Part shown: positions 48,492 through 58,300 of the stretch, one piece after another
Layout of the letters: every line of letters starts with the position of its first letter
How positions within the stretch are numbered: the stretch's first letter is position 1
NCBI GenBank assembly: GCA_009836005.1
Contig: VXWG01000082.1
Span: forward strand, 5,017 to 69,016
Length of the DNA stretch: 64,000 nt
Origin: Candidatus Palauibacter irciniicola
GTDB taxonomy: Bacteria; Gemmatimonadota; Gemmatimonadetes; Palauibacterales; Palauibacteraceae
Direction of reading: 5' to 3'
Notes under the pieces: model-generated
What the model saw: only the letters and a program-made list of their open reading frames with translations
Databases searched by the model: none
What the model was told of the DNA's origin: nothing
Made by a program: the position numbers and the translations under genes

Positions 48492-51400
48492 ATGCCCGCG
48501 AAGACCCCCACAGCCGAAGCGGACCGAGACCCGCCGGACTCGCGCGCGCGCCTGCGCTTTAAGAATCAAGGTCGCGCGAGGGCATTGGGCTTGGCCGCCG
48601 CGCTGCTCTTGGCGGCGATTGGGTCGTGCGACTCGGATCCGGTCGTCGAGCCCGAGCCGTCGCTTGAGATCGTGCCGGACTCCGTGACCCTGACGCACAT
48701 CGGACACCAGTTCACGTTCTCGGTTCGGGGCGGCGGCGCGGTCCAGTGGAACAGCCGGGACCTGGCGGTCTTCACCGTGAACGCGAACGGCACGGTGACC
48801 GCGCGCGGCAACGGCGAGGCGCGCGTTCAGGCCTGGACCCCCCAGTCGTCGGACCATGCGCTGGTCCGCGTGCGTCAAGCGCCGGCCGTGTTGGAGCCGT
48901 TCGGCGAGGGGCAGCGGGCGGGCCTTGGGCTGTCGCTGACCGAGCCCGTCGGCGTGCGCGTCCTGGACGAGGGAGGCGTGCCGGTGTCCGGGGTGGCGGT
49001 GCGGTTCGAGCCGGGGGCGGGCCATGGCAGCATCGAGCCCGGAGAAGTGCCCAGCGACGAAGAGGGGCTGGCGGCGGCCAGATGGACGCTCGGGCCGGAG
49101 TCGGGAATGCAGACGCTGGCGGTCTCGGTGGAGGGCGCGGCGAGCGTAACCATCGCGGCCACGGCCTTGGACCCGGACGAAGCGGTGGCGTCATTCGAAG
49201 TGCTGTCGGGACGGGACCAGTGGGCGTGGAGCGGACGTGCCTTGGCCGAACCCATCGCCGTGCGGGCTCTCGACGAAGCCGGTCGGCCGATTTCCGCTGC
49301 GACGGTCCGGTTCGAGCCGGACGCGGGCGGCCGCGCCGACCCCGAGACGGCGGTGAGCGACAGCGCGGGAGTGGTTTCGACGGCTTGGACCCTTGGGACG
49401 GTCCCCGGACCTCAGGCGCTCGCGGTCTCCACCGGGGGCGACGCCAACGCTGAGGTCATCGCGACGGCGCGGGACCCCGACGACGCGGTGGCGTCCGTCA
49501 AGGTGGTCTCTGGAGACGATCAATGGGCGGTGGCCCGGCACGCTCTGCCGGATTCCGTCACGGTACACGTCTCGGACGAGACCCGCCGCCCGATCTGGGG
49601 CGCGGCGGTGACGTTCGAGCCTGAAGCGGGGGGCGGCCACGCGAATCCGGGCACGGCGGATACCGACAGCCTCGGACTCGCTTCGGCGGTGTGGACGCTC
49701 GGATCGGGGCTTGGCAATCAGCGGATGAGCACGACGGCGGGCGGCACGACGGTGACGTTCGAGGCTACGGCGGTGTCGGACGAAGGGGTGTGCAACCGGA
49801 CCCCGGCGGTGAGCAGGGAGATCGCACGACGGGCAGGTGTAGGGAACTGCTCGGAGGTTACGGACCAGATGCTCAGAAGCGTACGTCGCCTGGAACTCGA
49901 CGGGAAGGGCATTCGGCAGCTCAGGAGCGGCGACTTCCACGGGCTCATTGCACTGGATGTCTTGTTTCTGAACCAGAACGAATTGACCGAACTGCCGCCA
50001 CGCATATTTGAGGGTCTTTCGACGCTGAGGCGTTTGTTCCTTAACGCCAACGAACTGACACGACTCCAACCGAGGGTTTTCAGGGGCCTTTCGGGCTTGC
50101 AAGAACTCTTCCTGTGGCGGAATCATCTGACGGAACTGAGATTGGACGCGTTTTCGGATCTGGACGCGCTCTTTGATCTTGGTCTCGACTATAATCAGCT
50201 TACGGAGTTGCCGGAGGATCTCTTCGACGGGCTTTCGAACCTCACGCACTTGAGCATGCGAGGGAACAAGCTGACCTCGCTGCCGGACGACATCTTCGCC
50301 AACCTTTCCCGCTTGGAATACCTCGTCCTCGGGGACAACCGGCTGACGGTACTACCGCCCGGCCTGTTCTCCGAAACGCCTTCGCTCTGGCGGATCGCGT
50401 TGGACGGGAACCAACTGGCGGAGTTGCCTTCGCGTCTGTTCTGGGAGACCTCTGCGCTCCAGCGCCTCTACTTGCAGGGGAACCGCTTGGAGACTCTTCC
50501 AACCGACATCTTCGCTGGATTGCAGGAACTGGTGAGGCTGGACCTGAGCCGCAACGATCTGATCGAGTTGCCCCCAGGCGTTTTTGCTGGGACACGAAAG
50601 CTCGCGCAACTCAGTCTTGAGCATAACGAGCTTGGGCAGCTGCCGCCGGGCTTGTTCGCGGGTCTGTCGGCACTCGAATGGGTCACACTCCAAGCCAACC
50701 CGGGGACGCCTTTCCCCATCCGACCGGAGTTCGTGCGGCGCGATGGCGACCCGCTGGCGCCGGGTCCGGCACGGGTGGCGTTGCGGGTATCCCCGGGTGC
50801 TCCTTTCGCGTTCACGGTTCCTGTGTCGGTGCAGCGCGGATCGATCTCCCGCGACGCCGTCTCGCTGCTCGCCGGCGAAACTGTCAGTAACACCTTCGAG
50901 GTGTCGGCCGACTCTGGCGGCGGTGCAGTTCATCTCGGGTTCCCACCGTTACCGGAAGTGCGGGCGGATGGCTACGAAGGTCTGACAGTGGTGCGGGGCG
51001 AGGAGTTGGTGCTGTTCGCCGAGGCCGACAACGGGAGTCCGGTGGCGCGTTCGCGGATTCCGGCGCACCGACTTCAGGTCGGGGGTCCGTCGGCCGAATT
51101 GGTGCTCGCCGACTATTTTGACGATCCCGACGGTGACTCTCTGGCCTTCGCCGTGGAGATGACCGAGTCCGGGGTGGTGGCCGCGCGGCTCGAAGACGGG
51201 GTGCTGTGGCTGGATCCGCAGTCGGTGGATACGACCGTGGTCGAGGTGACGGCAACCGACGCCGATGGATTGCGTGCGACCCAGCGGTTCCGAGCGTGGG
51301 TGGTTCCGTCAACGGACCCGGATGCTTTCAACATCGAACTGTACTTCGATCCGGGGTTCACGGTCGAGGAGGAAGCGGCGGTACGTCGGGCGGCGGACCG

Positions 51401-52163
51401 GTGGATGGAGGTGGTGACGGGCGACCTGCCGGACGTGCCGGTGCTGGGGCCACTGAGCGACATCTGCTTCGATGGACCGTCGCCGCCTCGGGTGCTCGGT
51501 GTCATCGACGACCTGCTGATCCGCGTGAGATTCGTCGCAAGACGGGGCGGTGCAGCGGCAACCGCGACCAGGTGCGGAGAGCGCGAAGGGTCTGGGCACG
51601 CCTTCCTCGGCAAGAATTCGTTCTCCCTGTGGTATCACCGCAACCCGGATCCAGCCATCGACCAACTGTACGAATCTGCGTTACACGAGATGGGTCATGT
51701 GTTGGGCTTCGGAGACTGGATCCACCGCGCGGACCTGGAGGCTTGGCGGGCGATGTACCGGGGCGGGGGCACGGATCCGCACTTCACCGGTCCGCTGGCG
51801 GTGGCGGCGTTCGACGCCGCTGGCGGCGAGGCGTATCCGGGCGGCAAGGTGCCGCTGGAGGACAAGATACCCCTCGTGGGCATCCACTGGCGGCAACGTG
51901 TGATTCCCCGCGATGTCATGGCACCCTACGCAGACTCCTTGCTGACGGCGATGACGGTTCAGACGTTGGCGGATCTGGGATACGAAGTGGACGTGAGCAA
52001 GGCGGATCCGTACACCCTGCCGGGGGCGGCGCAGGGCGATGTTCGGGGCGACGGTGAGGACGCGGAGGGAGCGGTCGCGGAGTTGTTCTCCGACGACGTG
52101 ATTCGTGGTCCGGTGATCGTGGTCGACAGCGACGGCAAGGCGGTGAGGATCATCCGGCCTTGA
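48492..52163 (+). CDS. Multidomain surface lipoprotein: Ig-like repeats, about 11-12 LRRs, a cadherin-like module, and a HExxH (leishmanolysin-like) peptidase domain
   Basis: ATG at 48492. Lipobox-like LLAAIGSC. Three ~95-aa Ig-like repeats. 24-residue LxxLxLxxNxLxxLP repeats. A DDPDGDSLAF module. SALHEMGHVLGFGDWIH. Confidence 0.8.
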   Translation: MPAKTPTAEADRDPPDSRARLRFKNQGRARALGLAAALLLAAIGSCDSDPVVEPEPSLEIVPDSVTLTHIGHQFTFSVRGGGAVQWNSRDLAVFTVNANGTVTARGNGEARVQAWTPQSSDHALVRVRQAPAVLEPFGEGQRAGLGLSLTEPVGVRVLDEGGVPVSGVAVRFEPGAGHGSIEPGEVPSDEEGLAAARWTLGPESGMQTLAVSVEGAASVTIAATALDPDEAVASFEVLSGRDQWAWSGRALAEPIAVRALDEAGRPISAATVRFEPDAGGRADPETAVSDSAGVVSTAWTLGTVPGPQALAVSTGGDANAEVIATARDPDDAVASVKVVSGDDQWAVARHALPDSVTVHVSDETRRPIWGAAVTFEPEAGGGHANPGTADTDSLGLASAVWTLGSGLGNQRMSTTAGGTTVTFEATAVSDEGVCNRTPAVSREIARRAGVGNCSEVTDQMLRSVRRLELDGKGIRQLRSGDFHGLIALDVLFLNQNELTELPPRIFEGLSTLRRLFLNANELTRLQPRVFRGLSGLQELFLWRNHLTELRLDAFSDLDALFDLGLDYNQLTELPEDLFDGLSNLTHLSMRGNKLTSLPDDIFANLSRLEYLVLGDNRLTVLPPGLFSETPSLWRIALDGNQLAELPSRLFWETSALQRLYLQGNRLETLPTDIFAGLQELVRLDLSRNDLIELPPGVFAGTRKLAQLSLEHNELGQLPPGLFAGLSALEWVTLQANPGTPFPIRPEFVRRDGDPLAPGPARVALRVSPGAPFAFTVPVSVQRGSISRDAVSLLAGETVSNTFEVSADSGGGAVHLGFPPLPEVRADGYEGLTVVRGEELVLFAEADNGSPVARSRIPAHRLQVGGPSAELVLADYFDDPDGDSLAFAVEMTESGVVAARLEDGVLWLDPQSVDTTVVEVTATDADGLRATQRFRAWVVPSTDPDAFNIELYFDPGFTVEEEAAVRRAADRWMEVVTGDLPDVPVLGPLSDICFDGPSPPRVLGVIDDLLIRVRFVARRGGAAATATRCGEREGSGHAFLGKNSFSLWYHRNPDPAIDQLYESALHEMGHVLGFGDWIHRADLEAWRAMYRGGGTDPHFTGPLAVAAFDAAGGEAYPGGKVPLEDKIPLVGIHWRQRVIPRDVMAPYADSLLTAMTVQTLADLGYEVDVSKADPYTLPGAAQGDVRGDGEDAEGAVAELFSDDVIRGPVIVVDSDGKAVRIIRP

Positions 52164-52345
52164 CCGGGCAGCCCGCCATTTCGGACGTGCCGGGCAGCCG
52201 TCAGTCCTTGCGCGTGGCGGTCGAGTCCTGCCACGGCCCTTGCATGTTCGGGGTTTGCTGATACCCTTCTTGCTGCTTTTCCCAGGGCCGTGTCGGGCCG
52301 CACCCCCTTTTCCCCCGCCCTCCTGTTCAAGGACCCCTTTGCGCA

Positions 52346-55300
52346 ATGACCATCCGCAAGTTACTACCTCCTACCCGCTCCCGGCAGCCTCGTTCCCGGA
52401 CGGTTGAAGAGTCTCGGCTCCAGCGCTTGATCAAGGCGCGAGACCTGCGTACGACCGCATTCGGCCTTCTGCTGACCGCTGTAGCGCCAGCGGCGGCGCA
52501 TGCATCCTCCGATCCTTCGGCGGCGGCGTCCGACACGCTCAGGGTGACGCTCTCCGCGCCCGAGGGCGGCACGGTGGCCGAGGGCTCAACCGGCCACTTC
52601 GAGGTGTCGGTCGCGGGGAGCACCGCCGCCGGGACCGTGACGGTCCGGTACTCGGTCTCCGGCACGGCGGTGGCCGGCGAGGACTACACGGCGCTGTCGG
52701 GCGAGGCGACGGTGTCCCAAGGCGAGAACACCGCCCGGATCGCGCTCGAAGCACTCGAGGACGGCATCCTCGACAAGGGCGAGACGGTGGTGCTCGCGCT
52801 GACCGGCGCGACCGGCCCTGGGACGGTGCTCGTGGACCAGACGGCGGCCACGGTGGAGATCGCGGACAACGGATCGGTGACCATCGCACTTGCGGCGGTG
52901 TCGGACACCGTCGGGGAAGGGTCCACGTGGAACTCGTCGGTGATCATGTCTACGCCCGTGGCGGATCGTATCTCGCTGCGCTGGCGGACGCAGGACGGTA
53001 CGGCCCTAGCAGGTCGGGACTACACGGCGGCCGACGAGGTCGTCACGTTCCGGCCGGGCGAAACGTCGAAACCCATCAGCGTGGAGACGCTTCGGGACGA
53101 CAACACGGAGACCGTCGAGGTCTTCTACGTCTCGCTGGGTCTGGCGGTCGATGCGGCGCGGGCGGGAATCGAAGGCGCTTTCAAGGTCGATCCGCAACCG
53201 CAGTCCGCGTTCATCGAGTGCAGCGTCGTGTTTCCGCCCAACGTGCAGACCATGTTCGAGTTCGACGCGCCCGTGCCCGCCGACACCGTGATCGGCACCG
53301 TGGCCGCGAATACGACGGACGGCATCCCGTACTACGAACTCGACGACGGGGGCGAGAACAAGTTCACGATCAACTCGCTGACCGCGCAGATCTCGACCAC
53401 GGCAGCCTTGGATCCGGGCCTGTACGAACTGGAAGTGACGGTGCACGACGAATGCGGGGCTCAGGCGAGCATCGACGTGAGCGTCAACGTAAAGCAGCCC
53501 AACCGGCCACCGGTGGTCAAAAGCCCGATCAAGAACCAGACGCTGTATGTGGGCGACACGAAGGAGATCGACCTCTCGACGGTGTTCAACGATCCCGACG
53601 GGGATGTTCTCAGCTATGAAGCGGTCTCCTCGAAGCCGGGCGTGGCGACCGCCGTGGTCAGCGGAACGACGCTGACGTTGACCGCGAAGGGGCAGGGCGA
53701 GGCGACGGTTACCTTGACAGCGAAGGACCCCGACGTTCTGGAGGTCGCGGATGTCTTCAACGTCACGGTTCCGAACCGGACGCCGAAGGCAGTGGGGACG
53801 ATCCAGCCCGACACCATCAAGGTCGGCGAGGACGGGTTGGTGGACGTATCGTCGAAGTTCAGCGATCCGGACGGGGACCGGCTGACTTACACGGTCGAAT
53901 CCTCGGATCCGGTCGTGGTGACCGCCGTGGTCAGCGGAAGCGACGTCACGTACACCGGTGAGGCTGCGGGTAGCGCTACGGTGACCGTGACGGCCACGGA
54001 TCCGGGCGGCCTGTCGGCGGTTCAGAGCTTCAGTGTCACGGTGAACCAGCCGAACCGGAAGCCGACCGCAGTGGGGACGATCACGGATCGGACGGTCGAT
54101 GTCGGGAAGAGCGGCTCTTTGGGAGTCGCGTCGAAATTCGACGATCCGGACGATGATGCGCTGAAGTATTCGACCAAGTCGTCGAGCGAGGATTTGGTGG
54201 AGGTCAGCGTCAGCGGTAGCACGGTAACATACGAAGGACTGGCCGAGGGGAGCGCGGAGGTGACCGTCAAGGCGACGGATCCCGGCGGCCTGTTTGCGGA
54301 GCAGGTGTTCACCGTCACGGTGCTGCCGCCGGAATGCGCCATCAGTGTGGGCGACGGCGACTTCACCGTGCCGGAAGACGCAATCGATGTCGGGACGGTG
54401 AGCGTGACCGCGGAGCACTGCGGCGAGCTCGACTACGCGCTGACGGGCGCGGGCGCGGATGACGTTTCCGTGGCTGCGGCGAGCGGCAGCGACGACGCGA
54501 AGATCACGGGCAGCTTCGACTTCGAGGTCAAAACTTCATACGCCCTGACGCTGAGCGTCAGCGAGCGCAACGGTTCTGCGAGCGCCTCCGGGAGCGTGAG
54601 CATCTCGGTGACGAACGTGAACGAGCCGCCGGTGGTTGAAGATCGGATCGATGACCTGACGCTGTACGTGGGCGAAGGGACGACCCGGCAGGTGATCGAG
54701 TTGTCGGGAGTGTTCAGCGATCCCGACGGGGATGTTCTCAGCTACGAGGCGGTCTCCTCGAACACGGCGGTGGCGACGGCGACGTTGCAGGGCAACAGCC
54801 TGACGGTGAAGGCCACGGGCAAGGGCGAGACGACGGTCACGGTAACGGCGAAGGACCAGGGCGGTCTGACGGCCGTGGACGCGTTCGATGTCCAGGTTCC
54901 GAACCGGAAGCCGACCGCAGTGAGTAGGATGTCGGATCGCGCCGTTGACATCGGCGAGAGCGGTTCGGTGGGCTTGACCCGATACTTCAGCGATCCCGAC
55001 GGGGACAGTCTGACGTATATGTCGGGATCGTCGGACACGGACAAGCTGACCGTGAATGGGAGCGGCAGCCCGGTGACGTTCACGGGCGTGGACGTTGGGA
55101 GTGCGACGGTAACGGTGACGGCGCGGGACGACGGGGGTCTGACCGCGAAGCAGCAGTTCGACGTGGATGTCTACGAACCCGCACGGGACTGCAAGATCAA
55201 GGTGTGGGATGCCGATTTGTCGGTGCGCGAGGACGCGGGCGTGGGCAGCGCGTTGAATCGCGACGTGAGGGTGGACGCGTCGGACTGCGGGACGTTGAGC

Positions 55301-58300
55301 TATGCGCTTTCGGGCACGGGTTGGGGGGATTTCTCGGTGTCGGCGGTAGGTGCGAACGACGACGACGCGAGGATCAGGGTCGGGCGCACGCTGAACCATG
55401 AGGGCCGGGACGCATACGATCTGACACTGACGGTGAGCGAGGTGGGCGGCAGCGCGAGCAGCGCTGGCGACGTGGACATCTCGGTGACGGACGTGAACGA
55501 GGCGCCGAAGCCGAGGAACACGATCGGTCGGCAGACGGTCCGGATCGGGCAGCCGGTGACGGTGGACGTGACAAGCTACTTCACGGACGAGGACGAAGGG
55601 GACCGTCTGACCTTCACGTCGAGGTCGTCGGCGACGGGCAGGCTGACGGTGAACGCGAGCGGAAGCCCGGTGCGGTTGACCGGCGTTGCGGCGGGGAGCG
55701 CGACGGTCACGGTCACGGCGGAGGACCGCGGGGGTCTGACGGCGACGCAGACGATTCCGGTGACGGTCGTGCCCGCGACGGCCCGGTGCGGGATCACCGT
55801 TTCGGACGGGCAACTCTCGGTGCCCGAGGATAGGGGTGCCGGAGCCGAGGTGACCGGCAAGGTGGGGGTGACCGCGACGGCGGCTTGCGGGACGCTGAGC
55901 TATGCGCTGACGGGTACGGGATCGGGAGATTTCTCGGTGGCGGCGGCGGGCGCGAGCGACGACGATGCGAAGGTCAAGGTGGCGAGGACGCTGGATCACG
56001 AGACGCGGGCGTCGTACGCGCTGAAGCTGACCGTGAGCTCGGGGACGGTGAGCGCCGAAGGCGCCGTGGCCATTTCGCTGACGGACGTGAACGAGCCACC
56101 GGAGATCGAGAGCGCGATACCGGACACGGTGGTGGCGGCGGGCAAGTCGGTGTCGGTGCGGGTGTCGTCGCACTTCAGCGATCCGGACGGCGACGCGCTG
56201 ACGTACGCGGCGCGGTCTTCGGCCACGGCCGTGGCGATGGTTTCGGTGAGCGGTTCCACGGTGACGGTCAAGGGCGTGTCGAAGGGGCGCGCCGACGTGA
56301 CCGTGACGGCGCGGGACCCCGGCGGCAAGACCGCGTCGCAGAGCTTCCGGGTGACGGTCACCGATCCGGTTCCGGGCAACCGCGCTCCGGTCTTCGCGAG
56401 CGCGACATTCGAGCGTTCGGTTCTGGAGAACTCGCCCGGCGGCACGGCGGTGGGCGATCCGGTGACTGCGACGGACCCGGACGGGGACACGCTGAGCTAC
56501 GCGCTGGCGTCCGGGGGCGACGCGGGTTTGTTCGGGATCGGCGCGTCGACGGGCCGGATCACGGTGGCGGCGGGCGCGGTGCTGGACCACGAGGGCGCCG
56601 CGACGCATTCGGTTTCGGTGGTGGCGAGCGACGGGACGCTGGCGGACACGGCGGCGGTGACGATCAAGGTGGCGGACGTTCCGCCTCCGGGCAGGCCCGC
56701 GAAGCCCGTGGTGACGGGCGGCGACGGTCGGGTGACCGCGACGTGGCAGGCTCCGTCGAACACGGGTCCCGCGATCACCGGCTACGACGTTCGCCACCGG
56801 AGCACCTCCGCCTCGGGCTGGACCGAGGTGTCGCTGGGCGACGTGCTGACCCACACGGTGACGGGCCTGACGGCGGGCACGGACTATCTGGTGCAGGTCC
56901 GGGCGGTGAGCCCGGAGGGCGCGGGCGCGTGGTCCGAGTCGGGCGCGGGGACGACGGCGGCGGCGGCGAACCGCGCGCCGGCCTTCGCGAGCGCGGCGTT
57001 CGAGCGCTCGGTCCCGGAGCATTCTCCCGCGGGGACGGCGGTGGGCGCGCCGGTGACGGCTTCCGACTTGGACGGGGACACGCTGAGCTACGCCCTGGCA
57101 TCCGGCGGGGACGCCGCGCTGTTCGCGGTCGGCGCGCGCACGGGGCAGTTGACGGTGGCGGCGGGCGCGGTGCTGGACCACGAGAGCGCCGCGACGCATT
57201 CGGTATCGGTCGTGGCGAGCGACGGGGCGCTCGCGGACACGGCGCAGGTGACGATTCGGCTGACGGACGTTCCGCCACCGGGTCGGCCCGCGACGCCCGG
57301 GCTGAGGGGCGCCGCCGGCAAGGTGACGGCGACATGGAGTGCTCCGCCCAACGCGGGTCCCGCGATCACCGGCTACGATCTCGGCTACCGGAGGGACTCG
57401 GCCGGAGGTGGCTGGACCGAGGTGTCGCTGGGCGACGTGCGGAGGCACGCGTTGACGGGCCTTCCGGCGGGCACGCTCTACAGGGTGCGGTTGCGGGCGG
57501 TGAGCGCGGAGGGCGCGGGCGCGTGGTCGGAGCCGGGCCGGACGGGCACGTCGCCGCTCTTCGACGCGGCGTCGGTGACGCGTTCGGTGGAGGAGAACTC
57601 GGCGGCGGGCACGGCGGTGGGCGCGCCGGTGACGGCGGCGGCCGATGCGGGGGTGGCGCTGCGCTACAACTTCGGGGGCGATGGTCCGCCCGAGTTCGTG
57701 ATCGACGGGTCGAGCGGCCAGTTGAGGGTGGCCGAAGACGCGTCGCTGGACTACGAGGGCGGCAAGAGGGAGTACGCGGCGACGGTCGTGGCGAGCTACA
57801 TGGTGGGCGGAGGCGTAGCCGCGGAGGAACTTGTGGACGTGGCGCGCGTCACGATCCGGGTGACGGACGTACCCGCGCCCGGCAGGCCGGACGCGCCGAC
57901 GGTGACGGGCGGAACCGAACAGGTGGCGGTGTCGTGGAGCGCACCGGAGAACGAGGGGCCGGAGATCACGGGCTACGATCTGCGGTATCGGGAGAAGGGC
58001 GACGACGATTGGACGGACGTGTCTGCGCTCGGAACGGTGCTGTCCGACACGATTCCCGGCCTGGAAGCGGGCACGACCTATGAAGTGCGGGTGCGCGCGT
58101 CGAGTTCCGAGGGCGCGGGCCCGTGGTCCGAGTCGGGCGAAGGGACGACCGAAGCGGCCAACCGTGCGCCGTCATTCGATGAGGAGACCCACGAGCGCGA
58201 GGTGCCGGAGAACTCGCCTGCCGGAACGGCGGTGGGCGAGCCGGTGACCGCCACCGACGAAGACGGCGACGCCCTGACGTACAGCCTCGTCTCCGGCGAG

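Noticed and set aside
52164-52199. 10-bp direct repeat CCGGGCAGCC at 52164 and 52190, just after the lipoprotein stop
   Set aside because: The repeat is short and GC-rich, so it is easily explained by chance. It has no associated structure or partner motif.
52229-52244. Sigma-54-like promoter TGCCACGGCCCTTGCA about 100 nt upstream of the giant gene
   Set aside because: The spacing and the -12 TTGCA are good, but the near-invariant -24 GG is GC here. It is not reliable without experimental support.
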